From sequence record MN871447.1: DNA of 64,000 nucleotides; one strand, 5' to 3'. The notes beneath the pieces were generated by a model. That model did no database searches and was not told where the DNA came from. It was given only the letters and a program-made list of their open reading frames with translations. A program made the position numbers and the translations under genes. Positions 62,482 to 64,000 of the stretch are shown piece by piece. Each line of letters opens with the position of its first letter. The first letter of the stretch is position 1.

Positions 62482-62519
62482 TTATTTTTCCTTTTAAGGA
62501 GGGGAACCCCCTCCTCCTT

Positions 62520-64000
62520 TTACTCTGTCTCAAAACGGAATAGTGACAATCTGGATATGTTTACCGTACCTGTAATGTCAGAAAAAGTCGCTGCAACACG
62601 AGCGAACGCTGCGCCAACAGGTGCTCTTATTTTCACCGGACTAGAAGCGATGAATCGTGTTGTACCGGCGGAGTAATTTGGTAAGGTAGTGTCGGAAAAT
62701 ACACTTCCCATCGCGGTATTGTTACCAACTACTTGGCCGCCAGATAATAATACTTTTTGATCATTGTAAAAATAAACGTATGGGGTAATACGGTTATTCC
62801 CCGTCGAGTTCAGTAGCTGCATTGCGGCAACAACCCCGAACATATCTCCTGCTTTACAGGCAAAATATTCTGTTCCAACTAAAGTCACGTTACTCGCAGA
62901 ACTTGTACCGGTTAAAGCAAGAACTTTACCTGTAACATCTGTTCTGTCGGCAATTACCCCTGTCATACCCGCGATGTATCCAACAGAAAATTTCGCTAAC
63001 GTAGAGGAAGTACTCGTGACAGTTGTCCCAGTAGTTTCCGCACTGAAATCAAAACCGCTATTAATAATAGCGTTCGCGGACGGGACGTTATAGTAGGGAT
63101 CTTTTACATACCCACTAACCGCCACGGGTTTACCGGAAGAGTGTAAATAGAGATCTTCGGTGTATGGTTTGACTTCGTGTTTGATCTCAGAGCCATTCCA
63201 ATACACTGCAACCTGGTTTCCGTTAAAGAGTGGTCGAGATGGGCTGTTGGCCAGTCCTAAGGTAGAGTCTGATTTCTGACCAGAACGCAGACGAGGAAGG
63301 AAATCGCAATTGGTAAAGTATACCGCACAGTTAGACGGCGAGCCAACTACATCTAATACGTACCCATTCCAAGCTTCGGCATGACAGTCAGTAAACTTAA
63401 CTGCATTATAACCAGACGATCCCGTAATGACTAATATACTACCGTTAGTAAAGTCAAAACTGCAGTTCATGAACGAAACATCAAAACCAGGTGCTGCAAG
63501 GTATACGTGATGTTCGTTGGTACCGCCAAATGTACAGTTAGTAAACGACATACGTTCGCCGGAGTTACTGGACGTTGTAGACGGAACATTCAAACTAATA
63601 CCGTTTTGTTCGAAACGACATTTAGTCGCAGAGAATAGATAAGTATCGATGGAAGAGAACGTCAATGCACGATAGCATTCGGTCACAACGACATTACGGA
63701 ATGAAACGTTTCTGGCGTTGGACATACTAGCTGCTTCGTTACCGATAAATATTCCAGAAAGAGTAGTTATAGCACGGCCTTGTCCATCCAGTCGCAATAC
63801 ACCGCCATCAGCCGAAAGGTTCTCACCTTCCCAAAGATTGACATTCGTTAAGGCGTCAGTATTTTGGAACTTGATCAGGTACGACCCTGTAAAGTTAGAC
63901 GATGCAACAATGTTAACATTACCTTTCGCAACGATACTGATTGATGTCGGTGCGACAATTGTTGCAGATATCAGATAGCTCCCTGCTGAAATACTGATCG
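62520..64000 (-). CDS. Tailspike / EPS or capsule depolymerase, 5'-truncated by window end
   Basis: Frame stays open to the window edge (ISISAGSYLISATIVAP...); NSGERMSFTNC, SFDF and HAEA motifs; C-terminus homologous to the two preceding tailspikes. Confidence 0.78.
   Translation of the reverse strand, partial: ISISAGSYLISATIVAPTSISIVAKGNVNIVASSNFTGSYLIKFQNTDALTNVNLWEGENLSADGGVLRLDGQGRAITTLSGIFIGNEAASMSNARNVSFRNVVVTECYRALTFSSIDTYLFSATKCRFEQNGISLNVPSTTSSNSGERMSFTNCTFGGTNEHHVYLAAPGFDVSFMNCSFDFTNGSILVITGSSGYNAVKFTDCHAEAWNGYVLDVVGSPSNCAVYFTNCDFLPRLRSGQKSDSTLGLANSPSRPLFNGNQVAVYWNGSEIKHEVKPYTEDLYLHSSGKPVAVSGYVKDPYYNVPSANAIINSGFDFSAETTGTTVTSTSSTLAKFSVGYIAGMTGVIADRTDVTGKVLALTGTSSASNVTLVGTEYFACKAGDMFGVVAAMQLLNSTGNNRITPYVYFYNDQKVLLSGGQVVGNNTAMGSVFSDTTLPNYSAGTTRFIASSPVKIRAPVGAAFARVAATFSDITGTVNISRLSLFRFETE

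Noticed and set aside
25-62515. Family of GAGAGGG/CCCTCTC hairpins as a mobile repeat
   Set aside because: Loops and stems differ between copies and all sit at gene ends; best explained as ordinary intrinsic terminators
92-63978. Numerous plus-strand ORFs in the track (e.g. 4237-4863, 14505-15158, 39237-39668, 47997-48407, 63718-63978)
   Set aside because: They lie antisense to well-supported minus-strand genes, lack RBSs and have no recognisable motifs, so they are shadow ORFs
1-64000. CRISPR array, tRNA or rRNA genes, integrase, transposase
   Set aside because: No regularly spaced direct repeats, cloverleaf with T-loop or recombinase motifs seen by eye; tRNAscan and CRISPR finders were not run
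51671-64000. Lower GC content of the tailspike block as proof of recent horizontal transfer
   Set aside because: Only a few lines were sampled by hand and the difference is small; it needs a computed GC/codon profile

Overview
This 64-kb window is from a lytic jumbo myophage genome, most likely phiKZ-related and infecting an enterobacterial gammaproteobacterium. That placement is inferred from gene content and promoter motifs, not from a database search. About 105 genes are tightly tiled on the minus strand; only one credible plus-strand gene exists (51003-51215). Positions 1-45.8 kb are an accessory region of mostly small hypothetical genes. Recognisable products there: a HigA-type antitoxin fusion, an AcrVA2/FinQ-like protein followed by two HTH genes, two AAA+ ATPases (one BCS1-like), a BRCT protein, an AlaRS-like fragment, two macrodomains, NADAR, Tpt1/KptA, an HD phosphohydrolase, NadR, PnuC, SspB, dUTPase, and a thymidylate synthase with three mutually homologous insertions. 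Positions 45.9-64 kb hold at least eight tail fibre/tailspike/beta-helix genes with modular anchors, interrupted by a small island (50.1-51.6 kb). Two phage-specific motifs were read directly from the sequence: a 23-bp putative early promoter TTMANNYCTATATYAC-N5-TG (8 copies) and a putative late TTTYTATGA motif (4 copies). One early promoter drives no ORF but a ~120-nt self-complementary sequence (51518-51637), a candidate structured ncRNA or attenuator. No tRNA, rRNA, CRISPR array, integrase or transposase was recognised.
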